From the IMG/VR virus record IMGVR_UViG_3300046660_000716, positions 1 through 64,000 of that record: 64,000 bases of DNA; one strand, given 5' to 3'. The position numbers and the translations under genes are program-made. Under the pieces are notes generated by a model, which did no database searches, was not told the DNA's origin, and saw only the letters and a program-made list of their open reading frames with translations. Position 1 is the first letter of the stretch. Each line of letters begins with the position of its first letter. Positions 36,923 through 46,559 of the stretch are shown piece by piece.

Positions 36923-37522
36923 ATGGAAGAAGCACTGAACGAGTCCATCCCGCTGATGCGGGCCGACGAGACGTACCGCCGGCAGGGCCGGCACATCATC
37001 GTGGCGCAGATCGAGAGCCTGGTCCCGCTGCACACCACGCTGGACCCGGCAATCTGGGGCGGCGGCAACACCAGCTACACGTGGAAGCGCGTGCAGACGT
37101 TCTACAGCCGCAGTCCGCTGGCGCGCAACAGCCAGCTGCCGATGCACTACTTCGCCGAGTACCTGGAGGACGACTACGTCATGTACGTTGGATGTCCGCT
37201 GACCAACAAGAGCTGGTTCCTCCAGCAGGCGGTGGCGGCCGGCGTGCTGCCCGTGCAGTACATGGACGCGATCCTGGTGGTGATCCAGGAGAACTACTCC
37301 GTGGAGAACGTGGAGCGGCGGCTGTGGCGCGTGCTGGCGAACAACCTGATCACGCCGATGATGCGCCTCTTCGACATCACGAAGGAGCGCGTCGTCTTCT
37401 TCGAGGACCTGGCGAACCGCGAGGCCGTGAACGGGCCGGACTGGCCCTTCCGCTGGCGCGAGCCGACGTTCCTCGACCCCCTGATGCTGCAGCTGCAGAT
37501 CAAGGACTTCATGAAAACCTGA
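36923..37522 (+). CDS. baseplate-cluster protein, possibly a degenerate Amidase_2 fold
   Basis: 199 aa; pattern similar to T7-lysozyme-like amidases but lacking Zn ligands. Confidence 0.55.
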   Translation: MEEALNESIPLMRADETYRRQGRHIIVAQIESLVPLHTTLDPAIWGGGNTSYTWKRVQTFYSRSPLARNSQLPMHYFAEYLEDDYVMYVGCPLTNKSWFLQQAVAAGVLPVQYMDAILVVIQENYSVENVERRLWRVLANNLITPMMRLFDITKERVVFFEDLANREAVNGPDWPFRWREPTFLDPLMLQLQIKDFMKT

Positions 37523-37536
37523 CCGGAGCATAGGAA

Positions 37537-37989
37537 ATGGGCATCTTCACCCAGTACGACTCGACGAGCCCGGACCTGGTCGACGAGGTGGCCCTGGCCG
37601 CCAAGAACCCACTGGAGATCGGCCGCCAGTACAAGCAGCTGGTCGTCGGCGCCACGACCATCACGGACCCCCAGTGGGAGATGTCCGGCATCGACTCGCT
37701 GCTCGACACCATGGTCAGCACGGACGACTTCGGCACCCAGTACGACTTCCTGCCGGACAAGATGTCCAGCGAACTGTACGACACCCACGAGCTGTGGGCG
37801 ATCCTCATGCGGATCAACGGCGCCCGCACCCGGGCGGACTTCCGCGGCCCCAAGCTGAAGTACGTCACGTCGGGCTACACGGGCCAGCTGCTCGCGATGC
37901 TGGCGATGGGGCAGAAGCGCGCCGCGGCCGCCGACAAGAAGGGCATCCCGACGCTGGAGGACCTGACAGTCCGCAAGGTGTTCGCGTAG
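37537..37989 (+). CDS. baseplate wedge protein (T4 gp53/LysM-like)
   Basis: PDKMSSELYDTHELWAILMRIN motif. Confidence 0.8.
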   Translation: MGIFTQYDSTSPDLVDEVALAAKNPLEIGRQYKQLVVGATTITDPQWEMSGIDSLLDTMVSTDDFGTQYDFLPDKMSSELYDTHELWAILMRINGARTRADFRGPKLKYVTSGYTGQLLAMLAMGQKRAAAADKKGIPTLEDLTVRKVFA

Positions 37990-37991
37990 CG

Positions 37992-38029
37992 AAAAAAAAG
38001 AGACGACCATGCCCTCCGCGGGCATGGTC
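37992..38029. terminator. CCATGCC/GGCATGG hairpin family, copy 5; terminator between convergent genes
   Basis: A8 run then GACCATGCCC-TCCGC-GGGCATGGTC. Confidence 0.75.
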
Positions 38030-38034
38030 CGTTT

Positions 38035-38256
38035 CTACGGCGTCGAGATCCAGATGCCGTACCGCAGGCGCTGGACGAGCGCCTCGTGGTACATCGCACG
38101 CAGGTCCTCCAGGTCTTTGGCCCCGGGCGTGAGGTTCACGGGATCGGTGCCCGTGTTGCCGAAGAGCTCAGGGAAGTTCGCTTTGATCACGTTGTCGGCC
38201 GCTTCGAGGGCGCTCGTCACGGTCTGCTGGATCCACAGCTCGTCGGAGGCGCTCAT
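38035..38256 (-). CDS. hypothetical protein
   Basis: 73 aa, ATGA overlap. Confidence 0.65.
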   Translation of the reverse strand: MSASDELWIQQTVTSALEAADNVIKANFPELFGNTGTDPVNLTPGAKDLEDLRAMYHEALVQRLRYGIWISTP

Positions 38257-38690
38257 GACGGGATCCCATCAAGTTCGATGACTCTCACCGCAAGCGAACG
38301 GGCGAGCTCGTTGAACCCGCTCAGCGCGGCTCCGAGGGCTATCGGCTCAGAATTGCCGATGTTGCGCACCATCTGCGCCGCGTACTGCATTCCGACGTGG
38401 TGCTCCATAGGGATGAGCACGATGTGGGTCAGCAGCTCGCCCGTCGCTTCCTTGATCTTGAGGAGTACATCGGAGGCGCTCATTGCGTACAGGTTGCCTT
38501 CGATCTTAACGCTGCTCTCGTTCTGGCCTCCCATCGTGCCCGCCAGCAAGACCAGAACGTGCGGCGTCACCGCGAAGTCGTTCGGCCGTGGGATCACGAG
38601 GAACGAGTCGGTGGACAGGTCCACCGGTTCCCTGCCGGCATGCAGCAGGCCGCCGAACGGTCCATATGCGTAAGCGTAGTATTCGCTCAT
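38253..38690 (-). CDS. hypothetical protein (paralog family with next two genes)
   Basis: LTHIVLIP...FNELARSLAVRVIEL. Confidence 0.7.
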   Translation of the reverse strand: MSEYYAYAYGPFGGLLHAGREPVDLSTDSFLVIPRPNDFAVTPHVLVLLAGTMGGQNESSVKIEGNLYAMSASDVLLKIKEATGELLTHIVLIPMEHHVGMQYAAQMVRNIGNSEPIALGAALSGFNELARSLAVRVIELDGIPS

Positions 38691-39127
38691 AGCGCCACCA
38701 CCCGGGTGGCAACCTCTTTGATGAGCTTATTGTAGGCCCGGACCACCCCGGCGGCGTAGTCGCGCGACTCCGGATTGGCCGACACGGACGGCGACATGCT
38801 CGGATCGATTCCCTTTGCAGCGCAGGCCTCGACGACGGCCCACGCCGAGGCGCAGTTGGCCTTGTAGTACTGACCTGGGATCACGGCGACGTGGGTCAGG
38901 CGGACGCCGGAGATCTGGAAGATCTCCTCAATGACACCCTGAACGTCCTGGGCCACGAGCGTGCGACCCTGGAGCAGGCCGACGGCCAACCGATCGATGA
39001 CCTCCGCGGTCACCAGGAAAGCCGCGCAGTCGCTGACCAGAGGCGGGCCGGCGAGGACGCCGCGCGGAATGGTGTCGTGCAGCAGCACGTCGTCGGAGAA
39101 CGCGTGCAGGTAGTGGACGAAGGTCAT
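38687..39127 (-). CDS. hypothetical protein (paralog family)
   Basis: LTHVAVIP...YNKLIKEVATRVVAL. Confidence 0.7.
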   Translation of the reverse strand: MTFVHYLHAFSDDVLLHDTIPRGVLAGPPLVSDCAAFLVTAEVIDRLAVGLLQGRTLVAQDVQGVIEEIFQISGVRLTHVAVIPGQYYKANCASAWAVVEACAAKGIDPSMSPSVSANPESRDYAAGVVRAYNKLIKEVATRVVAL

Positions 39128-40098
39128 TCTTGATCTCCAAGGTCGGGGGTGGGGAGGCGATACACGCGCACGGCGGCCTCCTTCACCATCTCGTTGAACG
39201 CATCGATTACCTCACCGGTTTCTCCATTTGCGCTACCAGCGATCTTGGCCGCCGCGCACAACTCCGCATAGCGGGAGATCGGGATGACTGCGGCGTTGTC
39301 GCAGAAGAGAGTGCTCTCGTCGAAGAACTTAGCCATGACTTCTTCGGGAGTTTCCATGCGGCTGAAGTCGATCGAAACGGAATCGATGGTGTTGACGATG
39401 ATCTCCACCAGTTGATCGCGGGTCAGCCCGTTCGCCGCCAGATCGAGGTCGAACGGCACGGGCGCATGCGCGGCGTCCTCGGAGTGCGTCATCGTGTGGG
39501 AGTCGCCGTCCGCGAAGATGTGCAGGTAGTGGCCGCCGTTCGCCTTCGTCTCGCGGCGGGCGTACTCGAGCGCGGCCTTCCAGCCCTGTCGCGCCGCGTA
39601 GGTCTCGCGGTGCAGGAAGAGGTAGTGCAGCGGGTGCATCGCCATGTCGTAGCGGCGGTCCAGGGCGAACTGCTCGAACGCCGCGATCTCCTGCGGGCAG
39701 CTCGATGCCAGCGCGGCGAAGAACGCGCGCGGTGGTTCCTGGATGTGCTCCAACGGGGTGACGGCGCCGGCCCACTTCTGCGGCTCGATGAGGTCCCACG
39801 CGCCGTCCGGCATGATGTCTTCCAGATGGGTCAGCAGCGTGACCACGCGGTCGTAGTACGCAGCGTGCGCGGCGGCCTGCTTCGGGTCCGGCACGAAGAC
39901 GGGCCAGTCCTCGGGGCGAATGCGGTAGTCGAGGGTGCCGCGCGGGTTGCCTTCGGGGGTCGGGCCGAGCATGGCGTGGATGCTGCGGCCTTCCTGCTTG
40001 GCGATCTCCTGCATTTTCATCGGGACGTGCAGCGGGATCATTTCGTTGTCGGGGATGGTGGGGCTTTGCGCCACTTCACCGGTGGTTCCTTGAATCAT
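39124..40098 (-). CDS. hypothetical protein with C-terminal paralogous domain
   Basis: HYLHIFAD...NAAVIP...FNEMVKEAAVRVYRL. Confidence 0.7.
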   Translation of the reverse strand: MIQGTTGEVAQSPTIPDNEMIPLHVPMKMQEIAKQEGRSIHAMLGPTPEGNPRGTLDYRIRPEDWPVFVPDPKQAAAHAAYYDRVVTLLTHLEDIMPDGAWDLIEPQKWAGAVTPLEHIQEPPRAFFAALASSCPQEIAAFEQFALDRRYDMAMHPLHYLFLHRETYAARQGWKAALEYARRETKANGGHYLHIFADGDSHTMTHSEDAAHAPVPFDLDLAANGLTRDQLVEIIVNTIDSVSIDFSRMETPEEVMAKFFDESTLFCDNAAVIPISRYAELCAAAKIAGSANGETGEVIDAFNEMVKEAAVRVYRLPTPDLGDQE

Positions 40099-40099
40099 G

Positions 40100-40699
40100 T
40101 CAGTTCCATTCTTTGCAAATGCCGAAGGTGGTGTAGCTGTTACGGAGGAGCCCGTTCTGCTCCATCCATTGACGAATGCTGAGCTTCGGGTCGGGGTCGA
40201 TGAAGAGCAGTGCGCGCTCGGGGAGGGCGCCAAAGTTCTTGAGGAACTTGTTGCCCGCGGTTGGCTGACCGATCAGCCAATCGTTCAGCTCGGCGAAGCA
40301 CTCGGAGTTCTCGTCGTAGGTCATGCCGAGGCTGATCGAGTAAGACGTTTCGGCATCCGCCAGGTCCATCGACTTCTGGATCCAGGGGTCCGGATGCTCG
40401 CTACCGTTGGCCAGCAGCTGCAGCACCTTGGCCGGCACCCTGACTGCGTAGATGCCATCGTTCGTCACGACCTTGTTCTTCACCGAAAACGCAACGATCA
40501 GGACGGGCGTGTCGGCCGTCGCTTCCTTCTGCAGCAGCGAAATACTAGCCGCGCGCAGGTGGGCCGCCGCGCGCTCGCTGTAGGGCACGATTCGGAACGC
40601 GCCCTGGCAGTCCTCGTGGCTGAGCGAAATCCCGAGGGCCTTGCCCGACGCGACGATGTGCTCTATGAACTGGTCTACTTTTTCCCTGCCGATACTCAT
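40100..40699 (-). CDS. hypothetical protein
   Basis: ~199 aa with purine-rich RBS. Confidence 0.65.
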   Translation of the reverse strand: MSIGREKVDQFIEHIVASGKALGISLSHEDCQGAFRIVPYSERAAAHLRAASISLLQKEATADTPVLIVAFSVKNKVVTNDGIYAVRVPAKVLQLLANGSEHPDPWIQKSMDLADAETSYSISLGMTYDENSECFAELNDWLIGQPTAGNKFLKNFGALPERALLFIDPDPKLSIRQWMEQNGLLRNSYTTFGICKEWN

Positions 40700-40765
40700 G
40701 CTCTTCTCCCTCATCGTTATTGGTAAAGACGACGGATAGGCCGGGTGGCCTATCCGTCATCGGTG

Positions 40766-42643
40766 TTACAGTCCGCTCAGCCCGAGGCCGTCCTGGCCAC
40801 GCTCCGGCACTTCCTGCATGGTGGCGTCGCCGGCCACCTCCGGGATGGCTGCGGGTCCGCCTCTGCGCGTAGGCGGAGCGTTCCGGCCACCCCTCGCCCC
40901 GGTCCTGCCTGGCCCCGAGGTGCCCTGCAGGGCGGCGGCGCTCCGGTCCGCTCTGCGGTCGTCGCGCGTGGTTCCGCCGGTCGGCGCCCCCTCGTCTGCG
41001 TCCCCACGGGCGGCGTTGGCGTCGTACTCCTTGCTCACCGCGTCGCTGAGCTCGCGCATGCCCCGGCACAGCTTCGGCGGCAGGTGCGCATCCTCGTACA
41101 GCTTCATCTCGTTGATGTCGCCGTTGGCGTCGCGGTCGAACGGCTGGCCGAAGAAGTCCAGGCCGGCCTTCCGCTTGCCGCGCATCTTGCCGAGCCGCAC
41201 CGTCAGGAACAGCTGGTCCAGCGCCTCGCTCGTCACGCGGCCCTGGAAGATGACGCAGTCGGCGTTCTCGTAGACGTTGATCGACTCGCCCACGTTGGAC
41301 GCGCCGAGCGACTTGACCGCGTCCATCTTGCCGGAGGCGATCGCCTGCTCGAACTTGACGTACGCCTCGCGGTTCAGCTGCATGCCCGTGACCACCGGGA
41401 TCGAGTAGCGCTTGGCGATCCCGCTGAACTCGTCGACCACGGCGCCCAGCTCCAGGTGGCGCTGGTCGCGGAAGTTCTCCACGGCCTTGATCCGCTTGAT
41501 GTAATCCTGCACGATCATGACTACTTCGTAGCCCTCCATGTACAGGTCGTGGATCATGGCCTCCAGGTCGGCCGTGCTGATCGAGCGCGACTGGCGGTAC
41601 TTGAACACGAAGCGGCACGTCTCGGAGGAGAACGCGTTGTCCATGGCTCGCACGATGTCGTCCACGTTGGAGCCGCGGAGGTCGATGTGCGAGCCGAGCG
41701 CGAACGACAGCATCCGCTCGATCGTCTCGTAGACGTCGTTCTCCATCGTGACGAAGAGGACGGCCGGCTTGCGGGTCGGGTCCTTGGTCACGAACTCCGG
41801 GTTGAACCGGGGGTCGCAGGCCCACATCGCGTCCGAGATCAGCATGCCCGACTTCCAGTCGCCGGAGCGGCCGAAGTGGACGTACACGCGGGATCCCTCG
41901 TAGCCTCCGCCCAGCATGTCGTTCAGCAGGCGGACGCCCGTGCGGACGACCGACTGGGGCTTGTTGCGCGCCGCGTGGGTCGAGCGGATCGCGGCCTCGA
42001 ACGAGGAGCGGCCCGTGGTGAAGTCCTGCGCCTCCTGGGAGGACGACGCCTTGACCTGGCGGCCGCGCTGCACGACGCGCTCGAGGGCGGTCATGACGTT
42101 GTCGTTGAAGTCCGAGACCTCGCCCATGTCGCCGGCGTCGATGCGGTCGGCGGTCTCGCGGAACAGGCCGCGCGCCTTCCACAGGTACGCGAAGCGGAGG
42201 CGCGTGGAGGCGTAGTTGTCGACGTAGTGGATGTCCTCGTCGCTCATCTCGTTCTCGAGGATGTATCCCTCGGCCGCGTGGCCCGTGTTGTTGACGTACG
42301 CGTCGAAGAACGCCGAGTGGTAGTCCGCCCACTCCGTGTCCTCCAGGACGCGGGTCTCGATCGCCGGGATGGTGCGGGCGCCGTGCTTGAGGACGGCCCG
42401 GCCGACCGCGCGCGCCAGCGAGATGCGCCACACGATGTCCTGGCTGTCGCCGTACTCCATCTCGTCGATCTCCTCCAGGAACTCGAGGAGCTTGCTGCGG
42501 AGGCGGTGCGTGGAGGAGATGTTGGTGGTGAGGAACGACAGGGTCATCAGGACGAGGATGTGCTCGCCGATGTCGAACCTGCAGCGCTCCGGCTCGTTGC
42601 TGCGCTTCTCGTCCTGTGCGTCGTCGATGTATGACTTAGCGAT
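40766..42643 (-). CDS. DnaB-like (SF4) replicative helicase; start uncertain (ATG 42547 or ATC 42643)
   Basis: TGVRLLNDMLGGG, GRSGDWKS (Walker A variant), FVTMEN, IVQDYI, VVTGMQLNR. Confidence 0.85.
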   Translation of the reverse strand: MAKSYIDDAQDEKRSNEPERCRFDIGEHILVLMTLSFLTTNISSTHRLRSKLLEFLEEIDEMEYGDSQDIVWRISLARAVGRAVLKHGARTIPAIETRVLEDTEWADYHSAFFDAYVNNTGHAAEGYILENEMSDEDIHYVDNYASTRLRFAYLWKARGLFRETADRIDAGDMGEVSDFNDNVMTALERVVQRGRQVKASSSQEAQDFTTGRSSFEAAIRSTHAARNKPQSVVRTGVRLLNDMLGGGYEGSRVYVHFGRSGDWKSGMLISDAMWACDPRFNPEFVTKDPTRKPAVLFVTMENDVYETIERMLSFALGSHIDLRGSNVDDIVRAMDNAFSSETCRFVFKYRQSRSISTADLEAMIHDLYMEGYEVVMIVQDYIKRIKAVENFRDQRHLELGAVVDEFSGIAKRYSIPVVTGMQLNREAYVKFEQAIASGKMDAVKSLGASNVGESINVYENADCVIFQGRVTSEALDQLFLTVRLGKMRGKRKAGLDFFGQPFDRDANGDINEMKLYEDAHLPPKLCRGMRELSDAVSKEYDANAARGDADEGAPTGGTTRDDRRADRSAAALQGTSGPGRTGARGGRNAPPTRRGGPAAIPEVAGDATMQEVPERGQDGLGLSGL

Positions 42644-43010
42644 GATGCGCTCCCTCTGCTACCGGGGTAGCACCGAACATGACATCCGCCAGTTGGCGGA
42701 GCTCGGGGGAAGCGACCGGGGCTGTGACGCGGACGCCGCCCGGCACCAGCAGGCCGTCGGCTTCCGACAGCAGATTCCGCACCAGCGCCATTATGGCCGC
42801 CTGGGTACGGGGAATTTCGATGAAGCACGAGTCGCTGACGGCGTCCTTCGAGTTGAACGGGGACAGGCGGAGGACCTCCTCACCTTTCACCGCGAGGACC
42901 TCGAGTCCGGTGCAGCGCCCCATCCCGTTGCGGCCCTTGTACAGGGTCGAGCGATCGGGGGCGTCGGCCGTCTGCGGCTCTGGTTGAAATTCGAATCGTA
43001 GTGATTCCAT
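42636..43010 (-). CDS. hypothetical protein
   Basis: 124 aa, AAGGA RBS. Confidence 0.6.
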   Translation of the reverse strand: MESLRFEFQPEPQTADAPDRSTLYKGRNGMGRCTGLEVLAVKGEEVLRLSPFNSKDAVSDSCFIEIPRTQAAIMALVRNLLSEADGLLVPGGVRVTAPVASPELRQLADVMFGATPVAEGAHHR

Positions 43011-43061
43011 GATCTGGTGCTTCCTTTCTTGGTGCTGTGGTAACGACTGGATGATATTGAT

Positions 43062-43604
43062 CTAGTCGGTCTTCTTGCTTTGGGCGGCGAGATCCAAGCG
43101 CTCGATCGCTTCCGCGTACTGGTTGACACGCTCATCGCTGCTGAGCATGTCCTGGAGGAGGCGCATCATCGGCCCCTGCGGATCGGGGCGGACGCCCCAC
43201 TCGATGCGCTCGACGCTGCAGCCGGCGAGCAGCGGACGGTCCTTCGCGTACAGGGCGGCCATCAGCTGGCCCGTCAGTGCCGGATCGACGGCGGTCAGGT
43301 AGATGCAGAGTTTGCGGCCGGGCTTGAAAGTCGTGATCTCTTCGGCGTACGTAAGGCGCGCCTTCAGCTCGTCCGAGAGCTCGCGGCTTATGCCGCCGTT
43401 GACGATGTCGCTGTTGAACTGCAGGCGCGCCTGCACGGCTGGAACGAGGGCTTGGCGGACCTCCTCGAATGCGCCGTCATGGTGCGTGCCGTAGACCAGG
43501 CGGTCCAGCAGCTCCAGGTAGGCTGCGCCCAGCGCGCTGGGCACGGACTCAGCCAGCTCGATGGCGTACTTGTGGTTGGCGGGCTGCTTAGCTTGGTCGG
43601 ACAT
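43062..43604 (-). CDS. hypothetical protein
   Basis: 180 aa in a coupled minus-strand run. Confidence 0.65.
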   Translation of the reverse strand: MSDQAKQPANHKYAIELAESVPSALGAAYLELLDRLVYGTHHDGAFEEVRQALVPAVQARLQFNSDIVNGGISRELSDELKARLTYAEEITTFKPGRKLCIYLTAVDPALTGQLMAALYAKDRPLLAGCSVERIEWGVRPDPQGPMMRLLQDMLSSDERVNQYAEAIERLDLAAQSKKTD

Positions 43605-43905
43605 CGTGTTCCCCTTTGAGGCAGCTTGCGATGGTGAAGTGCTCCGGCTTGTAGTTCTTGAGCCACTTCATGCCGTGCTCGTCGATGAAGTAGTCCATCA
43701 GCTGGCGCACCGTCCAGTCTTCCAGCAGGACCGCGCGCACGACCGCGTCCTGCGGCGCGACGGAGTAACCGCCCTCGGTGACGTACTCGCGCGTCTCGAC
43801 GGCCTTCAGCCGCAGCTCGAACTCCAGCGCATTGAGCCGGTCGATGGCCTCGAAGTTGGCGAGGATGAGGTTCATGCCCGCGAATTTGGCCGGGTTCCCC
43901 ATCAC
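43588..43905 (-). CDS. hypothetical protein
   Basis: 105 aa, overlapping neighbours. Confidence 0.65.
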   Translation of the reverse strand: MMGNPAKFAGMNLILANFEAIDRLNALEFELRLKAVETREYVTEGGYSVAPQDAVVRAVLLEDWTVRQLMDYFIDEHGMKWLKNYKPEHFTIASCLKGEHDVRPS

Positions 43906-44216
43906 AGTTCTCCCAGCGTGGAGTGGACCTCGAACGCGCCCGAGTCGTGATCGTGCAGCCAGCTCGCGCCGGCTTCCTCAGCGAACCACGCGTAGATGTA
44001 CTCCAGCGTCTCGCCGGCCGGACCGGTCTCGAACGCCAGGGCCATCGCCTCGTGGACGGTCATGCCCTCCTTCATCACGAACATGCCCGTGCCCTTGTGC
44101 TTCAGGCGCAGGTCGAACTTGATCTCACCGAAGTGCTTTTTCAGCAGCCCGGTCAGCATGGCGTCGGGCCACGTCTGGTCAGCCGCGATGTCCGGTAGTT
44201 TGTCTTCAATCAGCAT
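43902..44216 (-). CDS. hypothetical protein
   Basis: 104 aa, overlapping neighbours. Confidence 0.65.
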   Translation of the reverse strand: MLIEDKLPDIAADQTWPDAMLTGLLKKHFGEIKFDLRLKHKGTGMFVMKEGMTVHEAMALAFETGPAGETLEYIYAWFAEEAGASWLHDHDSGAFEVHSTLGEL

Positions 44217-44698
44217 GGTTTCTTTCCGTGTCTTGATGGCTGCGCGTCGATCTCGAGATCAGCCAGCTGGCTGTCGGCTTTGATCCAGACGCAGCCGGCT
44301 TTTCGGATGCCCTTGAGGGCAGCTTTGGTGTCGCAGGCCATCGCCGCCTCCCTGTCGGGGAACGGCATCGTGGTGTACGGCGCTTCGTCCTTTGAGAGCG
44401 TGAAGCTGTAGCGGCCGGCGTAGGAGCCGGTCAGGCGGCTGACGAGGCGGATGTCGAACCACGGCCCGGCGTAGTCGGACGGGAGTCGGGAGTCCGCCAG
44501 CGGGTCCGGCATGAGGTCCAGCTGGTTCGGTGGCCACTTCCAGATCCACGTCAGCTTGGCAGTCTCCGTGAACCAGAAGCGGGCCGTCGCCGGAGTGTGG
44601 TGCTCGTCCGGAACCAGCACCGCGTCCTCCGGGTCGCCGGTCCACCCGTTCGACCCGGCCCAGAGGCCGGACCGCTTCTCCCTGATCAGGCGGCTCAT
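44210..44698 (-). CDS. hypothetical Trp-rich protein
   Basis: 162 aa, ATGA overlap with the nuclease gene. Confidence 0.65.
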   Translation of the reverse strand: MSRLIREKRSGLWAGSNGWTGDPEDAVLVPDEHHTPATARFWFTETAKLTWIWKWPPNQLDLMPDPLADSRLPSDYAGPWFDIRLVSRLTGSYAGRYSFTLSKDEAPYTTMPFPDREAAMACDTKAALKGIRKAGCVWIKADSQLADLEIDAQPSRHGKKPC

Positions 44699-45906
44699 GC
44701 CGTGGCGAGGGGCGCCGTCAGCTCGCGCACCTCCTCCTCGGTGATGCCCTCCGTGCCGGGGATCGTCTCGTGCATGTACTGGGTCAGGCGGGACTCGCCG
44801 GGGCGGTTCGGATCGCGCAGATACGCCAGGCGGTTGTCGCGCACGCTGGTCTCCTCCAGCTGGGCCTCGGTCTGCTCGACGGCCTCGCCGTCGTCCGGGA
44901 CCTCGCTGATCGGGCGGGCCGTGCTGACCAGCTCGATCGAGTGATCGTTCACCAGCGCCCCGCGCACGATGGATAGCTCCTCGATGCCGATCGGGAAGTC
45001 GCCCATCTTGACGCGCAGGCGGTGCGACGCGCCGACGGCGGCGCGCAGCTTCATGACGATCGTGTCCGGTGCGTCGGACATGTCGAGGATCTCGCCGGCC
45101 ACCACGGTGTTGTAGATCGGCGCCAGCGTGTTAACCACGAACTCGACCTTGACGTCCCAGCCGGTCTTGTTGCGCTTCATGTCCAGCACGTCGAAGCCCT
45201 TGTCCTCCTCCTCGCCGTGGCACCAGCGGGTCCAGGAGCCGGAGTAGCCCACGCGCTTCTTGTGGCGGAAGCGCTTGTGGATGTGGCCGAACTGGATGGC
45301 GCCCGTGCAGTGCTCGAGCAGGAACTCGGCCTCGTGGCACGGGGTGCCGCCGTAGTGGCGCTCGCCCTCGTTGATCTGCGACCAGCCGGCCGCCACGTCG
45401 ATCTCGCCGTGTCCGAAGATGCCGTCGTAGTAGATCGGCTGCTGGCCGTCCTCGCCGCCGAAGAAGAACGGCGCGTAGAAGTCGCTGTAGTCGGTCGGGT
45501 ACTCCTCGGGCATCCACAGGACGTTGAAGCCCGGCAGCAACTCCTCGGCGCAGGCGGTGGTGATGATGCGGAAGTTGGCGAACTCGGTCTCCAGCGCGTG
45601 GTAGTTGCCCAGCTGGAAGAAGTCGTGGGTCAGCGTGCCCTTGATGATGCGGCACGGGATACCCTTGGCCTGGCAGATCTGCGCGAGCCGCAGCATCGCG
45701 CGGCCGGACGCCTTGGAGTCGTCGCTGTCCAGACCCAGGCGGCTGTGGAACCAGTCGCCGTCCTGGACGAAGGCATCGACCTGGGCCTGTTCGAGCCACG
45801 GGAAGAAGATCGTGTTGAGCTCGTTCTCCAGGCGGGTGGCCGGGACGGCGCCCCAGTGGAGGTCGCCGAGGTGGGCGATACGTGCGGTCTTGACTGGTGC
45901 GGTCAT
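44695..45906 (-). CDS. SbcD/Mre11-like metallophosphoesterase nuclease
   Basis: GDLHWG, GDWFH, KGTLTHD, FGHGEI, FGHIH, YSGSW motifs. Confidence 0.85.
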   Translation of the reverse strand: MTAPVKTARIAHLGDLHWGAVPATRLENELNTIFFPWLEQAQVDAFVQDGDWFHSRLGLDSDDSKASGRAMLRLAQICQAKGIPCRIIKGTLTHDFFQLGNYHALETEFANFRIITTACAEELLPGFNVLWMPEEYPTDYSDFYAPFFFGGEDGQQPIYYDGIFGHGEIDVAAGWSQINEGERHYGGTPCHEAEFLLEHCTGAIQFGHIHKRFRHKKRVGYSGSWTRWCHGEEEDKGFDVLDMKRNKTGWDVKVEFVVNTLAPIYNTVVAGEILDMSDAPDTIVMKLRAAVGASHRLRVKMGDFPIGIEELSIVRGALVNDHSIELVSTARPISEVPDDGEAVEQTEAQLEETSVRDNRLAYLRDPNRPGESRLTQYMHETIPGTEGITEEEVRELTAPLATA

Positions 45907-46559
45907 GGTTGCTCTTTCGATTCGTTTTGTTGGTCTTCCGATTCGCGCCTGGCCTGCTGGCGGGCCATCGCAATGTCGGCGTACTTGGTGAGCCAATCTC
46001 GGCCCTGCTCGTTTCCCTTGGCCATGCTATCGAGCTGCTCGGGGTTCAGGCTGCGACCGTAGTGAGTCCAGATCTCCATGCCGAAGTGCGCGGAGTTGTT
46101 CGGTTCCGGACGCATGATGCCCGCGCTGCCGATCATGCGGATGCGGTCGCTGGCAAGCAGGGCATCCCAGCGGTCGGCCGACTGCTTGAGGCGCTTGATC
46201 GCCTCGACCATGACCTCGGCATCCATCACGGCGTCCTCTGGCAGACCCAGCGCCGCGTGGACCATTGCAAATTCGTTGCCCATGGTGTGCGCGACGTGCT
46301 CGAGCTGCTTCTCGCGCGGCGCCGGTGACACGAGGCCGCCGAAGACCAGCGCGGCCTCCCACGTCAGACCGATCCGGTAGCCGTCCCAGTGGTCGACGAT
46401 CTCGCCGTCGGGGCCGGTGACGGAGGCCGAGCCGCCGTCTTCCTCGATGCCCTGGGCCTTGAGGCAGGCGGCTACGCGCCCGGTCACGCTGTCGTCGAAC
46501 TTACCGCCGTCCGTCATGCGGCCTTCGACATGGTATTGGGAAGTGTCGGTCATGGTCAT
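45903..46559 (-). CDS. hypothetical protein
   Basis: MTMTDTSQ start overlapping the upstream stop. Confidence 0.65.
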   Translation of the reverse strand: MTMTDTSQYHVEGRMTDGGKFDDSVTGRVAACLKAQGIEEDGGSASVTGPDGEIVDHWDGYRIGLTWEAALVFGGLVSPAPREKQLEHVAHTMGNEFAMVHAALGLPEDAVMDAEVMVEAIKRLKQSADRWDALLASDRIRMIGSAGIMRPEPNNSAHFGMEIWTHYGRSLNPEQLDSMAKGNEQGRDWLTKYADIAMARQQARRESEDQQNESKEQP

